A stretch of 62,221 nucleotides of DNA, taken from NCBI GenBank assembly GCA_045590155.1, contig JAZNQL010000019.1, positions 1 through 62,221 of the forward strand, in the 5' to 3' direction. A program made the translations under genes and the position numbers. The stretch comes from Clostridia bacterium (GTDB lineage: Bacteria > Bacillota > Clostridia > UMGS1883 > UMGS1540). This document shows, piece after piece, positions 45,115 to 54,331 of this stretch. The notes below the pieces were generated by a model. It made no database searches and was not told where the DNA came from. It saw only the letters and a program-made list of their open reading frames with translations. How positions within the stretch are numbered: position 1 is the first letter of the stretch; the number at the start of each line of letters is the position of its first letter.

Positions 45115-46263
45115 TTATGCTTCTCTGTAACTTCCGAGATATTTTATATTTTTTTCTCCCAAAGAGAGTTCAAGCTGGTCTATAATAACAGGAAGTTTTT
45201 CGGAATAAACCGAAATATCCAAATCAAAATAAAACATAAACTCAAAATCGCTTTCGGGGATGGGTCGGCTTTCGAGTTTTATAATATTTATCCCAAACGC
45301 ATAAAACTGGGATATTACACTGTAAAGTGCTCCTGCCCTATGGGGTGTGCGTATTAAAAGACTGGTTCTGTCGGCACCGGGATAAATTTCAAGCTCTTTT
45401 GAAAAACAAATAAATCTTGTATAGTTATTTGAAGTGTTTTGTACTCCCTGTTTTATAATTTCAAGTCCGTATTGCAAAGAACATTCTTCCGACGATAATG
45501 CCGCAATATCTCCTCTTTCGGAATCGGCAACTTTTTTTGCCGCAATAGCCGTATTTTCGCATTCTGTTATCTTTACGTTTTTGCCTAAAGATTCCAAAAA
45601 TTTACTGCACTGGCTTATTGCCTGGGGATGCGAAAAAATTTCTTTTATGTCTTCTGCTTTGGTGCCTTTTTTTGCGAGCAGACTATGTGAAATCTGCATT
45701 TTTGTGCTGCGAACAATGTTGAATTTATACTCGCTCATTAAGTTATATATCTGTGTTACACTGCCTGCGCTGCTGTTTTCGAGCGGAACTATACCGTAAC
45801 GGCAAAGACCGCTATCTACTGCCGCAAATACTGCTTCAAAGGTCTGGCAGTACATTATTGATGGCTTTGCAAACATTTTTCTGCAGGCGTGCGAGGAATG
45901 TGCCCCTTCTATTCCCTGGCAGGCTACTATTGCCTTTTCAGGGAATAGCTTTTCTGTTTTTTCTGTCGCTTCCTTTATTGCAGAGGAAAGTCCCGAAGGC
46001 GGTGCTATATGCTTGCTTTGATAAGCTTTGCTTATTTCAAGCACCGAGTTATAAAGATTTCTTGTATAATCGCCGTATGTTTCTCCTGCAAGTTCTTCTA
46101 CTTTTTCAAGAAGCTTGCGTTCTCTTTCGGCATCATACACAGAAATTCCGTTTTCTTTTTTGTATTGTGCAACCTCTTTTGCAGTTTCCATTCTTTTAAC
46201 AAACAAATCTACAATCTGTTTGTCTATACTGTCAATTTGTTCTCTGCATTTATTTAAATCCAT
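45115..46263 (-). CDS. pheA: Chorismate mutase / prephenate dehydratase with ACT domain
   Basis: REQIDSID..KRM, PLENSSAGSV, SHPQA, NYTRF and KLESRP motifs. Confidence 0.94.
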   Translation of the reverse strand: MDLNKCREQIDSIDKQIVDLFVKRMETAKEVAQYKKENGISVYDAERERKLLEKVEELAGETYGDYTRNLYNSVLEISKAYQSKHIAPPSGLSSAIKEATEKTEKLFPEKAIVACQGIEGAHSSHACRKMFAKPSIMYCQTFEAVFAAVDSGLCRYGIVPLENSSAGSVTQIYNLMSEYKFNIVRSTKMQISHSLLAKKGTKAEDIKEIFSHPQAISQCSKFLESLGKNVKITECENTAIAAKKVADSERGDIAALSSEECSLQYGLEIIKQGVQNTSNNYTRFICFSKELEIYPGADRTSLLIRTPHRAGALYSVISQFYAFGINIIKLESRPIPESDFEFMFYFDLDISVYSEKLPVIIDQLELSLGEKNIKYLGSYREA

Positions 46264-46264
46264 T

Positions 46265-47347
46265 TTATTTTCCTTCTTTCAATAATATATCTGCTATTAC
46301 TATTGCTGCTGCCGCTTCAACACATACTGCGGCACGCTTTACTATACAGGGATCGTGTCTGCCCGAAATTACAAGCTCGCATTCTTCTTTTTTGGAAAGT
46401 GAAATGCTTTTTTGTTTTTTCCCTATTGACGGGGTAGGCTTAAATGCAACATTGAATATTATGGGCATCCCCGAAGAAATACCTCCTAAAATTCCACCGT
46501 GGTTATTGGTTGAAGTACGTATTTTTCCGTCTTCCCCTATTTCAAACGGATCGTTATTCTGGCTTCCCAAAAGTTTTGTGCACAAAAAACCATTGCCGAA
46601 TTCTATTCCCTTTACTGCAGGAATTGCAAATACAGCAGATGAAATTTTGCCTTCAAGTCCGCCAAAAAGTGCGTCCCCAATGCCTTCCGGCATATTGCAT
46701 ATTGCACACTCAACGCTTCCGCCCACACTATCAGCACAAAGCTTTGCTTTTCGTATTTCTTCCTTCATAAGTTCTCCCTTTTCGTCGTTTAATACAGGGA
46801 AATCTTTTGCTTTTGGGAAGTCCTTTTCTGTTACACGGCAAGGGTCAAACATATCGTCGCTGACATTGCCTATTGAACTAATGTGAGTTCCTATATATAT
46901 TCCTTTTTCTTCTAAAAGTTGTTTACAGATGCCACCTGCTATACATATATTTGCAGTTAATCTGCCCGAAAACTGACCGCCGCCCGAAATATCTCTTGCA
47001 TCGCCAAACTTTGCCCATGCAGCATAATCTGCGTGCGAAGGTCTTGGTACGTCTTTTAAATTATCATAATCCTTTGAGCGTGTGTTTGTGTTTTCGATTA
47101 TTGCCGTCAAGGGTGCACCGCATACTATTCCGTCTACAAGCCCCGACACAATGTTTACTTTATCGGCTTCTTTACGGGTTGTAGAAAACTCGTCGCATCC
47201 GGGGGCACGTCTTGACATAAAAGAAGCAAGCTTTTCTTCATCAATTTTAAATCCCGTGGGCAAATTTTCTATAACAACGCCCATCTTTTCGGAATGTGAT
47301 TGCCCGAAAACTGTTATTTTTATATTTTCTCCAAACGAAAAACTCAT
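46265..47347 (-). CDS. aroC: Chorismate synthase
   Basis: FGQSHS, PRPSHAD, GGQFSGR, GGILGGIS, KPTPSI and GRHDPCI motifs. Confidence 0.96.
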   Translation of the reverse strand: MSFSFGENIKITVFGQSHSEKMGVVIENLPTGFKIDEEKLASFMSRRAPGCDEFSTTRKEADKVNIVSGLVDGIVCGAPLTAIIENTNTRSKDYDNLKDVPRPSHADYAAWAKFGDARDISGGGQFSGRLTANICIAGGICKQLLEEKGIYIGTHISSIGNVSDDMFDPCRVTEKDFPKAKDFPVLNDEKGELMKEEIRKAKLCADSVGGSVECAICNMPEGIGDALFGGLEGKISSAVFAIPAVKGIEFGNGFLCTKLLGSQNNDPFEIGEDGKIRTSTNNHGGILGGISSGMPIIFNVAFKPTPSIGKKQKSISLSKKEECELVISGRHDPCIVKRAAVCVEAAAAIVIADILLKEGK

Positions 47348-48606
47348 TTTACTTCACCTCCCAAATCTTTGAATTTCTGATAAAAATCAGGGTATGATTT
47401 TTCTACCGCCTCTGCCTTTTCTATTATTACATCTCCCTTTGTTACCAATGCCGCTATTGCCGCACTCATTGCAATTCTGTGGTCATTTGCGCTGTGTACT
47501 TTACCGCCAGAAAGGGGATGTCCTTCTACTGTTATTGTGTTTTCGTCTGCCCATATTTTCCCGCCCAGGGCAGTTATTAAATTTACTGTGCTTTCTACTC
47601 TGTCGCTTTCTTTTGCACGAAGTCTTTCAATATTATAAAATACCGTTTTGCCTTTTGCCGAGCTTGCCGCTACACAGAGTATGGGAACAATATCAGGGAT
47701 ATCTTTGGCATCAATTTCTGTTCCCGAAAGATTTGATTTATATACAAAAACAGAATTTTGATTTCTTACTATTTTTGCTCCCATACAAGAAAGTATATCT
47801 ATAATTTTGCTGTCGCCCTGAAGACTTTCTTTTAAAAGGTTTGTGCATTCAATTTTATCTCGGCTCCCTATTGCCCCTGCTACAAGCCAGAACGCCGCAT
47901 TTGAATAATCGCCCTCTATTACAATATCTCCGTTTGATTTATAGCCCCCTTCATTTATTATATAACCGTTTTCTGTTTTTTGGACATTTATTCCAAACTT
48001 TTGTTGCATATTGGTTGTTATATCTATATAGGGTGCGCTTTGTAGGTTGCCTTTTATTTTTATGCTTCCGCCCGAAAACCCAAGTGCAAACAAAAGACCT
48101 GTTATAAACTGGGAGCTTATATCCCCTTCGATTTCAAAATCATAAGTTTTAATCTTGCCCTCCATAAACAAGGGTAAAAACGAATCGTCAGGATGAGTAA
48201 TTTTTACTCCGTGTGCTCTTAGCTGATTTATCAAAGCCGCAAGCGGGCGTTTGCCAAGTCTTTGTGCTCCAATAAATTTGCACTTTTTGCCTAAAGCTGC
48301 TGCAAAAGGAAGCATAAAGCGCAAGGTAGAACCGCTCTCGCCGCAATCGAGCACACATTCTTTACCATCGTTTTTTGCAGTGTCTATGGGAGTTACCAAA
48401 ACATAATCCTCATAAAACTCGAACTCTGCGCCGAGTGCTTTTAAACAGTTTATTGTTGCCTCTATATCCTTGGAAAAGGATTTACAAAATATTTTTACAG
48501 GCTTATCTGATGCTGCGGCACAAATAAGCGCACGGTGCATATATGATTTTGACGGCGGTGCAACTATTTTTCCGCCTAAACTTGAAGGTAAAATTTTAAC
48601 TTTCAT
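47344..48606 (-). CDS. aroA: EPSP synthase
   Basis: PPSKSYMHR, ESGSTLRF, SSQFITGLL, LRAKESDR, DHRIAM and KSYPDF motifs. Confidence 0.96.
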   Translation of the reverse strand: MKVKILPSSLGGKIVAPPSKSYMHRALICAAASDKPVKIFCKSFSKDIEATINCLKALGAEFEFYEDYVLVTPIDTAKNDGKECVLDCGESGSTLRFMLPFAAALGKKCKFIGAQRLGKRPLAALINQLRAHGVKITHPDDSFLPLFMEGKIKTYDFEIEGDISSQFITGLLFALGFSGGSIKIKGNLQSAPYIDITTNMQQKFGINVQKTENGYIINEGGYKSNGDIVIEGDYSNAAFWLVAGAIGSRDKIECTNLLKESLQGDSKIIDILSCMGAKIVRNQNSVFVYKSNLSGTEIDAKDIPDIVPILCVAASSAKGKTVFYNIERLRAKESDRVESTVNLITALGGKIWADENTITVEGHPLSGGKVHSANDHRIAMSAAIAALVTKGDVIIEKAEAVEKSYPDFYQKFKDLGGEVK

Positions 48607-49661
48607 TTTTGCTCAAGTCCTTCTTTAAATATATCAAAAAGTTCTTCTTCGCTTACCTTTATGACGTCGCATTCTCCCACAGCTTTTGGAACAACAATGT
48701 TTATTCCGTCATTTTGGGCTTTTTTATCGTTTTTTGCAATTTTCAAAAGCTTCTCTGCCCCAAAGTTACACTCTGTTTCTAACGAAAAAATGTCGAGCAT
48801 CTTTTTTAAACTGTCGAGGGTTCCCTTTTTACAAAGTCCTCTTTTTTCAAATGCGTTTGTTATAATATACATTCCCATTGCAACCGCTCTGCCGTGAGAT
48901 ATTTTATATTCTGACAATGTTTCAATTGCGTGTCCTATTGTATGTCCGAAATTTAAAATACGTCTTATTCCGCCTTCAAACTCGTCCTCTGTTACAACGT
49001 CTGTTTTTATCTGTATGCATCTTGAAATAATTTCTTCAAGATTTTTTTGTGCATCTTCTAAAATAAGTTTTTCGATATCAAATCCGCGTATCATTGCATA
49101 TTTTATTACCTCTGCCATACCATCGGAAAAATATTCTGAAGGCAGGGTTTTAAGTGTGTCAATATCAAAAAATACTGCTTTTGGCTGATAAAATGCTCCT
49201 GCCAGATTTTTACCACAGTCTAAATCTATCCCTGTTTTTCCTCCAACCGAGGAATCAACTGCCGACAAAAGAGACGTTGGTATGCCGATAAAATTTATAC
49301 CTCTCATATAAGCCGATGCCGAAAAGCCCGTTATATCTCCCACAACTCCGCCACCGAGGGCAAAAAGTGTGTCGTCTCTTGTAAATCGGTTTTTAGCAAG
49401 GAAGTTTAATATGCCGGCAAAGGTGGTCATATTTTTTGAGGCTTCTCCTGCCGAAAACACATATTCAAAAACACTGAAACCGCATTTTTCAAGCGAAGCT
49501 TTTACCCTTTCCATATAAAGAGGGGCAACATTTGTATCGCTTACAACACAGGCTTTGCCCGCTTTCACAAGACCTTTTGAAAGCGGGCCTATATTATCTA
49601 TAATCCCTCTTTCAATTATAACATCATATTCTGTTGAAACTTTTACACTTATCTTTTTCAT
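48603..49661 (-). CDS. aroB: 3-dehydroquinate synthase
   Basis: GGGVVGD, DSSVGGKTG, AEVIKY, LNFGHTIGHAIE and DKK motifs. Confidence 0.96.
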   Translation of the reverse strand: MKKISVKVSTEYDVIIERGIIDNIGPLSKGLVKAGKACVVSDTNVAPLYMERVKASLEKCGFSVFEYVFSAGEASKNMTTFAGILNFLAKNRFTRDDTLFALGGGVVGDITGFSASAYMRGINFIGIPTSLLSAVDSSVGGKTGIDLDCGKNLAGAFYQPKAVFFDIDTLKTLPSEYFSDGMAEVIKYAMIRGFDIEKLILEDAQKNLEEIISRCIQIKTDVVTEDEFEGGIRRILNFGHTIGHAIETLSEYKISHGRAVAMGMYIITNAFEKRGLCKKGTLDSLKKMLDIFSLETECNFGAEKLLKIAKNDKKAQNDGINIVVPKAVGECDVIKVSEEELFDIFKEGLEQK

Positions 49662-49662
49662 A

Positions 49663-50493
49663 TTAACCTATGCTTTCTTTAATTTGCGAACCTTCAAGCA
49701 AAAGCTTTTCAAGCTTTTCTGTATCGTTATTTTCTATGGCATTTTTATAGCTTTGAAGATTTGTTATAATATTTTCTATTTCAAACATAATATTTTCTTT
49801 ATTGTCCATAAAAAGCTCTGCCCACATTTTGGGGTTAAGCTTTGCAACTCGGGTTAAATCCTTATAGCTTCCTGCTGAAAAGCCTTTGTGCACCTGTGCG
49901 TTAGGACTTTTTACATAAGCATTTGAAACTATATGCGCAAGCTGTGATGTGAAGGCTATAATTTTATCGTGCTCCTCGGCACTTGTTATCGTAACATTTT
50001 TAAAGCCTATTTTTAAAAGGATTTCTTTAAGATTTTGCAAAGTTTCGATTTTAATGTCCTTTGGCGGAACTAGAATCATTCCCGCACCCGAAAACATTGA
50101 AGCTTTGGAATGGGAAAAACCCGAATGCTGTGTGCCGGCCATAGGGTGCCCGCCGATAAAGCAAAAACCTTTTTCTTCTGCTATTTTAAAACATTCCCTG
50201 CAAACTGAGCTTTTTGTTCCTGCAAGGTCAATTACTACTGCGTCCTTTTTTATTTTGTCGGCATATTTTTTTAAAAATTCCACAGTCGCTTTAGGATACA
50301 GGGCTATGAAGATATAATCGCAGTCTTTTATATTTTCGTCTGTTAAAGATTCATCAATAGCCTTTTCAAGTTTTGCCATTATAACCGTGTTACTGTCTTT
50401 ATCATAACCTAAAACCTTTGTTTCGTCAAGCAGGGAAAAACCCTTTGCAATTGAACCGCCGATAAGTCCAAGTCCTGCTACCGCTATTTTCAT
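49663..50493 (-). CDS. tyrA: Prephenate dehydrogenase
   Basis: GLGLIGGS, GGHPMAG, EEHD and DLTRVA motifs. Confidence 0.94.
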   Translation of the reverse strand: MKIAVAGLGLIGGSIAKGFSLLDETKVLGYDKDSNTVIMAKLEKAIDESLTDENIKDCDYIFIALYPKATVEFLKKYADKIKKDAVVIDLAGTKSSVCRECFKIAEEKGFCFIGGHPMAGTQHSGFSHSKASMFSGAGMILVPPKDIKIETLQNLKEILLKIGFKNVTITSAEEHDKIIAFTSQLAHIVSNAYVKSPNAQVHKGFSAGSYKDLTRVAKLNPKMWAELFMDNKENIMFEIENIITNLQSYKNAIENNDTEKLEKLLLEGSQIKESIG

Positions 50494-50507
50494 ACTCTTG
50501 CCTCCCT

Positions 50508-51515
50508 TTATTTTATAGCCGTACGCACACGCTCTACCGCTTTTGCAACATCTTCAAACTGCTCGGGGGTTAAAGATTGTGCTCCGTCGCAAAGTGCACG
50601 CTGGGGGTCGTTATGAACTTCTATCATAAGTCCGTCTGCCCCTGCTGCTGCGGCTGAAAGCGAAAGCGGTTTTACAAGCCTTGAAAGTCCGCACGCGTGG
50701 CTCGGGTCAACAATTATGGGAAGGTGCGATAATTCCTGAAGCATTGGCACTGCCGAAATATCCAGAGTATTTCTTGTGTAGGTTTCAAAGGTTCTTACTC
50801 CTCTTTCGCACAAAATAACATTTTCGTTGCCTTCTGACATTATATATTCAGCACTCATCAAAAATTCTTTCATAGTATTGGCAAGACCTCTTTTTAACAA
50901 GATAGGTTTTTTGGTTTTGCCCAGTTCCTTTAACATTTCGAAGTTTTGCATATTTCTTGCCCCTACCTGAATTACGTCTACATCTTCAAAAAGCGGAAGG
51001 TGGTCTGCATTCATAATCTCTGTTACAATGGGAAGACCTGTTTCTTTTTTTGCTTCGAGCAAAAGCTTTAATCCTTCATCTCTTAATCCTTGGAAATCGT
51101 ATGGGGAAGTTCTTGGCTTGAATGCCCCTCCTCGTAAAAGGGTTGCTCCTGCTTCTTTTACTCTTTTTGCTACGTCTATAATCTGTTCCTCACTTTCAAT
51201 GGAACAGGGGCCTGCTATTATTGCAAAATGTCCGTCCCCTATTTTTACTTTTCCGTCGGCTATTGAAACGCAAGTGTTTTCAGGATGGAATTTTCTGTTT
51301 GCATTTTTAAAAGGTTCGCTTACCCGTGTTACCTGGGAAACTATATCAAGCCCTTCCAAAAGTTCTGTATCGATACGGCTTGTGTCCCCTACAAGTCCGA
51401 GTACTGTCTGATACTCGCCTGCTGAAATATGCACACTTACATTCTGACCTTCTATCCAGGATATAAGATTATCAAACTGTTCTTTTTGAGCATTGTTTTT
51501 TACTACTACAATCAT
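50508..51515 (-). CDS. aroF: DAHP synthase (type I-beta with N-terminal regulatory domain)
   Basis: IAGPCSIE, GGAFKPRTSPY, GARNMQNF, CERG and DPSH motifs. Confidence 0.95.
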   Translation of the reverse strand: MIVVVKNNAQKEQFDNLISWIEGQNVSVHISAGEYQTVLGLVGDTSRIDTELLEGLDIVSQVTRVSEPFKNANRKFHPENTCVSIADGKVKIGDGHFAIIAGPCSIESEEQIIDVAKRVKEAGATLLRGGAFKPRTSPYDFQGLRDEGLKLLLEAKKETGLPIVTEIMNADHLPLFEDVDVIQVGARNMQNFEMLKELGKTKKPILLKRGLANTMKEFLMSAEYIMSEGNENVILCERGVRTFETYTRNTLDISAVPMLQELSHLPIIVDPSHACGLSRLVKPLSLSAAAAGADGLMIEVHNDPQRALCDGAQSLTPEQFEDVAKAVERVRTAIK

Positions 51516-51535
51516 TTTTTACACACTCCTTCTAA

Positions 51536-51577
51536 AATAAAAAAATAAGCCTTGCAGTGATTTAAACTGCAAAGCTT
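51536..51577 (-). terminator. Attenuator terminator upstream of aroF
   Basis: Minus strand AAGCTTTGCAGT-TTAAATC-ACTGCAAGGCTT-ATTTTTTT, about 25 nt before the aroF start. Confidence 0.85.
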
Positions 51578-51606
51578 AAAATTTTTTTCTAAAACATAGC
51601 CTTTAT

Positions 51607-51690
51607 TTATCTGCAGCACAAATCACTTTTACTTTGAACGTAGCTAAAGTAAAAGTAAAAATATATAGCTGCAAAAACTGCTAAAGTCAT
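51607..51690 (-). CDS. Phe/Tyr-rich leader peptide MTLAVFAAIYFYFYFSYVQSKSDLCCR
   Basis: RBS AAGGAG (51699-51704), ATG at 51690, TAA at 51607; 4 Phe and 4 Tyr codons, seven of them within eight consecutive codons. Confidence 0.85.
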   Translation of the reverse strand: MTLAVFAAIYFYFYFSYVQSKSDLCCR

Positions 51691-51724
51691 GCTTTTTTCT
51701 CCTTAAAAATACTTTATGATAGTT

Positions 51725-51753
51725 ATACTAGCACAATGATTTTTATTTGTCAA
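51725..51753 (-). promoter_or_regulatory. SigA promoter of the aro operon leader
   Basis: TTGACA-17nt-TAGTAT with extended -10 TG. Confidence 0.75.
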
Positions 51754-51771
51754 GAACTTTTTTAAATTTTT

Positions 51772-52866
51772 TTATCCCAGTGCAAGACTGTTGTTTATAA
51801 GTGTTGTGCTATACATAAATAACACATCTGAATTTTCAAAATCCACAAAGTGACCTACAAAATCACTCTTTATATATCTTATGTCAACAAGTGTTATTTG
51901 TTCGTACCCTTCTAAAAGTAAGGGGGCAAGGCTTGAGGCATACGAATCTCGGAAAATTATAAGCTTTTTGCCGTTTTGAACCTTTTGGTTTTGCATTGTT
52001 ATAATGGGGGAAGCGCCTGACAAAAACATTTCGTATGCATCTTTGCCGAAAGCCTTTTCCATATTATACATTTCTCCCTCTTTTGGTGTGCCTGTATCAT
52101 AGTAGGTAACAACTGCCGAAGAAAGTGTTTCGTTTGTAAGATAATATATTTCTTCGCTCGGCACGGGCAATGCGCTCTGCCCTGCATATACGCCCCAGAA
52201 AGGTGTATTAAGCTTTTTAACTTCATATTCTGCCGATACGTCTGTACCCATTTTTTCGCCGAGTCTTTCTGCTATATCTGTAATTTTTTCCTGGCGCCAG
52301 TGGGAATCTGTTTTATAATAATCGTCTGCCGACAAAAGGTCGTTTATATCTATATACTCCATATAAGAAAGCTTTTCTCTTACACTTTTTATAAAGGCAG
52401 AATAATCTAAAGAGGGGTATCCGTTTTTCTCTGCCAGCACAAAGTTTTTATCGGGGATTAAAGAAAGATAAATTTTTGTGTTTTTATCCTTCAAATATTT
52501 TTCGCGAAGATTGTTAAACCTTTGTACTGCATGATTTATCATATCGTCATTCTGTTTTGGGTCAAGCTTTGAAAGATGCCCTTGTGCAACAAAAAGACCA
52601 TTGTTATCTTTTTTCCCTAAAAAGGTGTAAGAAAAAATTGCTTTTATTCTCCTTAAAGTGTCTCTTAAAACTATTCTGTCGGTTGCATATTCTTCAAACC
52701 CTTGCGAAAATTCGCCGTTTAATACTGACTCTTCCGAAATTTCGGGGAAGGCGGCAAGGGCTCTTCTTTCGCTTTGGGAAAAATCATCGGAAGGCAAGAT
52801 CAAAGATGCAAAAAACACAGAAAATATAATTACTGCAAAAACTGTTACTGTTAATATTTTTTTCAT
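51772..52866 (-). CDS. DHHW-family (AlgJ/AlgX-like) extracytoplasmic acyltransferase
   Basis: N-terminal anchor; SERRALA, YYKTDSHW, RDSYA and VDIRY motifs. Confidence 0.82.
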   Translation of the reverse strand: MKKILTVTVFAVIIFSVFFASLILPSDDFSQSERRALAAFPEISEESVLNGEFSQGFEEYATDRIVLRDTLRRIKAIFSYTFLGKKDNNGLFVAQGHLSKLDPKQNDDMINHAVQRFNNLREKYLKDKNTKIYLSLIPDKNFVLAEKNGYPSLDYSAFIKSVREKLSYMEYIDINDLLSADDYYKTDSHWRQEKITDIAERLGEKMGTDVSAEYEVKKLNTPFWGVYAGQSALPVPSEEIYYLTNETLSSAVVTYYDTGTPKEGEMYNMEKAFGKDAYEMFLSGASPIITMQNQKVQNGKKLIIFRDSYASSLAPLLLEGYEQITLVDIRYIKSDFVGHFVDFENSDVLFMYSTTLINNSLALG

Positions 52867-52878
52867 TTTTACCCTCCT

Positions 52879-54276
52879 TTAAAATCTGAAATATAAAAAC
52901 GGATTGAACGAACCGTCTGCCAAAAATGCCGTTGCAAGCAAAAGAAGGCCTACAAGCACAGGTATTTCAAGAGCCGATATTATTTTGCCGATAGTTTTTG
53001 TTTCTTTAATTTTTTTAACTGTATTGCGGGGCAGTGGGGTTGCACCTATAACCGCAATCAAAATTACGGTGCCGTAATTTTTTAAAGTGTATAAAAACTC
53101 TGCCGAATAAAAGGGAACATCTTTGCCGAACATTCCGAAAACTGAGGAAATTGCCTCTCCCATATTATTTGCGCTGAAAATAACAAAGCTTATAAGTACA
53201 AAAAACAAAAGATATATATGGCTTAATATTTTGTGTTTTTCTAAGTATGCTTTGATGAAAAATTTTTCAATAAGAAGTAAAACTGCAAAATAAATGCCCC
53301 ATACTATAAAGTTCCATTCTGCACCGTGCCAGAAGCCTGTTAAAAACCAGACTGTAAAAATGTTTAAAAAAAGTCTTCCCCTTCCTACTCTGTTGCCGCC
53401 CATGGGGATATAAACGTAGTCGCGAAACCAGGTGCCGAGCGACATGTGCCATCTTCTCCAGAACTCGGTTATGCTTTTTGATATAAAGGGATAATTAAAG
53501 TTCTCAAGAAAATCAAAGCCGAATATTTTACCAAGACCTATTGCCATATCACTGTATCCCGAAAAGTCAAAGTATATCTGCAGAGAATAGGCTACCGAAA
53601 AAAGCCAGTAAAAAAGTACCGATTTTTCGTTTGATGCCCAAAAGGATGAACAAAGTTCACCTAAAGTATTTGCTATTATTATTTTTTTTGAAAGACCTAT
53701 TATAAATCTCTGTATTCCGTCAGCAGTTTTTTCTATGCTGTGAGTCCTTTTTACGAGCTTAGTTTCTACGTCTGCATAACGTACTATGGGTCCCGCTATA
53801 AGCTGGGGAAAAAGAGTGATATAGGTTGCAAGCGTTATGGGGTTTTTCTGTGCGGGAACATGTCCTCTGTAAACGTCAACAGTATAGCTTAAAACCTGGA
53901 ATGTATAAAAGCTTATACCTATTGGAAGAGCTATGTTTAAAAGCCGTATTGAAAGACCTGTTACTCGGTTTATGTTATTGATGAAAAAGTCTGCATACTT
54001 AAAATAGCCCAAACAACCAAGACAAAAGGCAACCGCAATCAAAAGAAAGGCTTTTGATATTGCTTTGTCCCTATACTTTTCGATTAAAATTCCTGCTATA
54101 TAATTTACTGCTATTGTTGCAAGCATTAAAAATACATACACAGGTTCTCCCCAAGCGTAAAAGAAAAGACTGAAAATTAAAAGAACGCTGTTTTTAAGAC
54201 TTTTTGGTGCTAAAAAATAAAGCAATATAACAAGCGGTAAAAAATAATATAAAAACGAAATACTTGAAAAAAGCAT
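52879..54276 (-). CDS. MBOAT O-acyltransferase (AlgI/PatA/DltB-like)
   Basis: LPIGISFYTFQ, FPQLIAGPI, DFSGYSDMAIG, FWRRWH and GFWHG motifs; C-terminal PFLYFRF. Confidence 0.94.
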   Translation of the reverse strand: MLFSSISFLYYFLPLVILLYFLAPKSLKNSVLLIFSLFFYAWGEPVYVFLMLATIAVNYIAGILIEKYRDKAISKAFLLIAVAFCLGCLGYFKYADFFINNINRVTGLSIRLLNIALPIGISFYTFQVLSYTVDVYRGHVPAQKNPITLATYITLFPQLIAGPIVRYADVETKLVKRTHSIEKTADGIQRFIIGLSKKIIIANTLGELCSSFWASNEKSVLFYWLFSVAYSLQIYFDFSGYSDMAIGLGKIFGFDFLENFNYPFISKSITEFWRRWHMSLGTWFRDYVYIPMGGNRVGRGRLFLNIFTVWFLTGFWHGAEWNFIVWGIYFAVLLLIEKFFIKAYLEKHKILSHIYLLFFVLISFVIFSANNMGEAISSVFGMFGKDVPFYSAEFLYTLKNYGTVILIAVIGATPLPRNTVKKIKETKTIGKIISALEIPVLVGLLLLATAFLADGSFNPFLYFRF

Positions 54277-54291
54277 ACTTTATCTCTCCGT

Positions 54292-54331
54292 AAAAGCAGG
54301 GGGCGATTATTTTCGTCCCCTGTTTTTTTAT
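54292..54331 (-). terminator. Stem-loop between the lipoprotein and MBOAT genes
   Basis: AAAAGCAGGGGGCGA / TCGTCCCCTGTTTT inverted repeat. Confidence 0.7.

Noticed and set aside
51516-51720. T-box riboswitch upstream of aroF
   Set aside because: No AGGGTGGNACCGCG-like T-box sequence and the leader is short; the leader-peptide model fits better.
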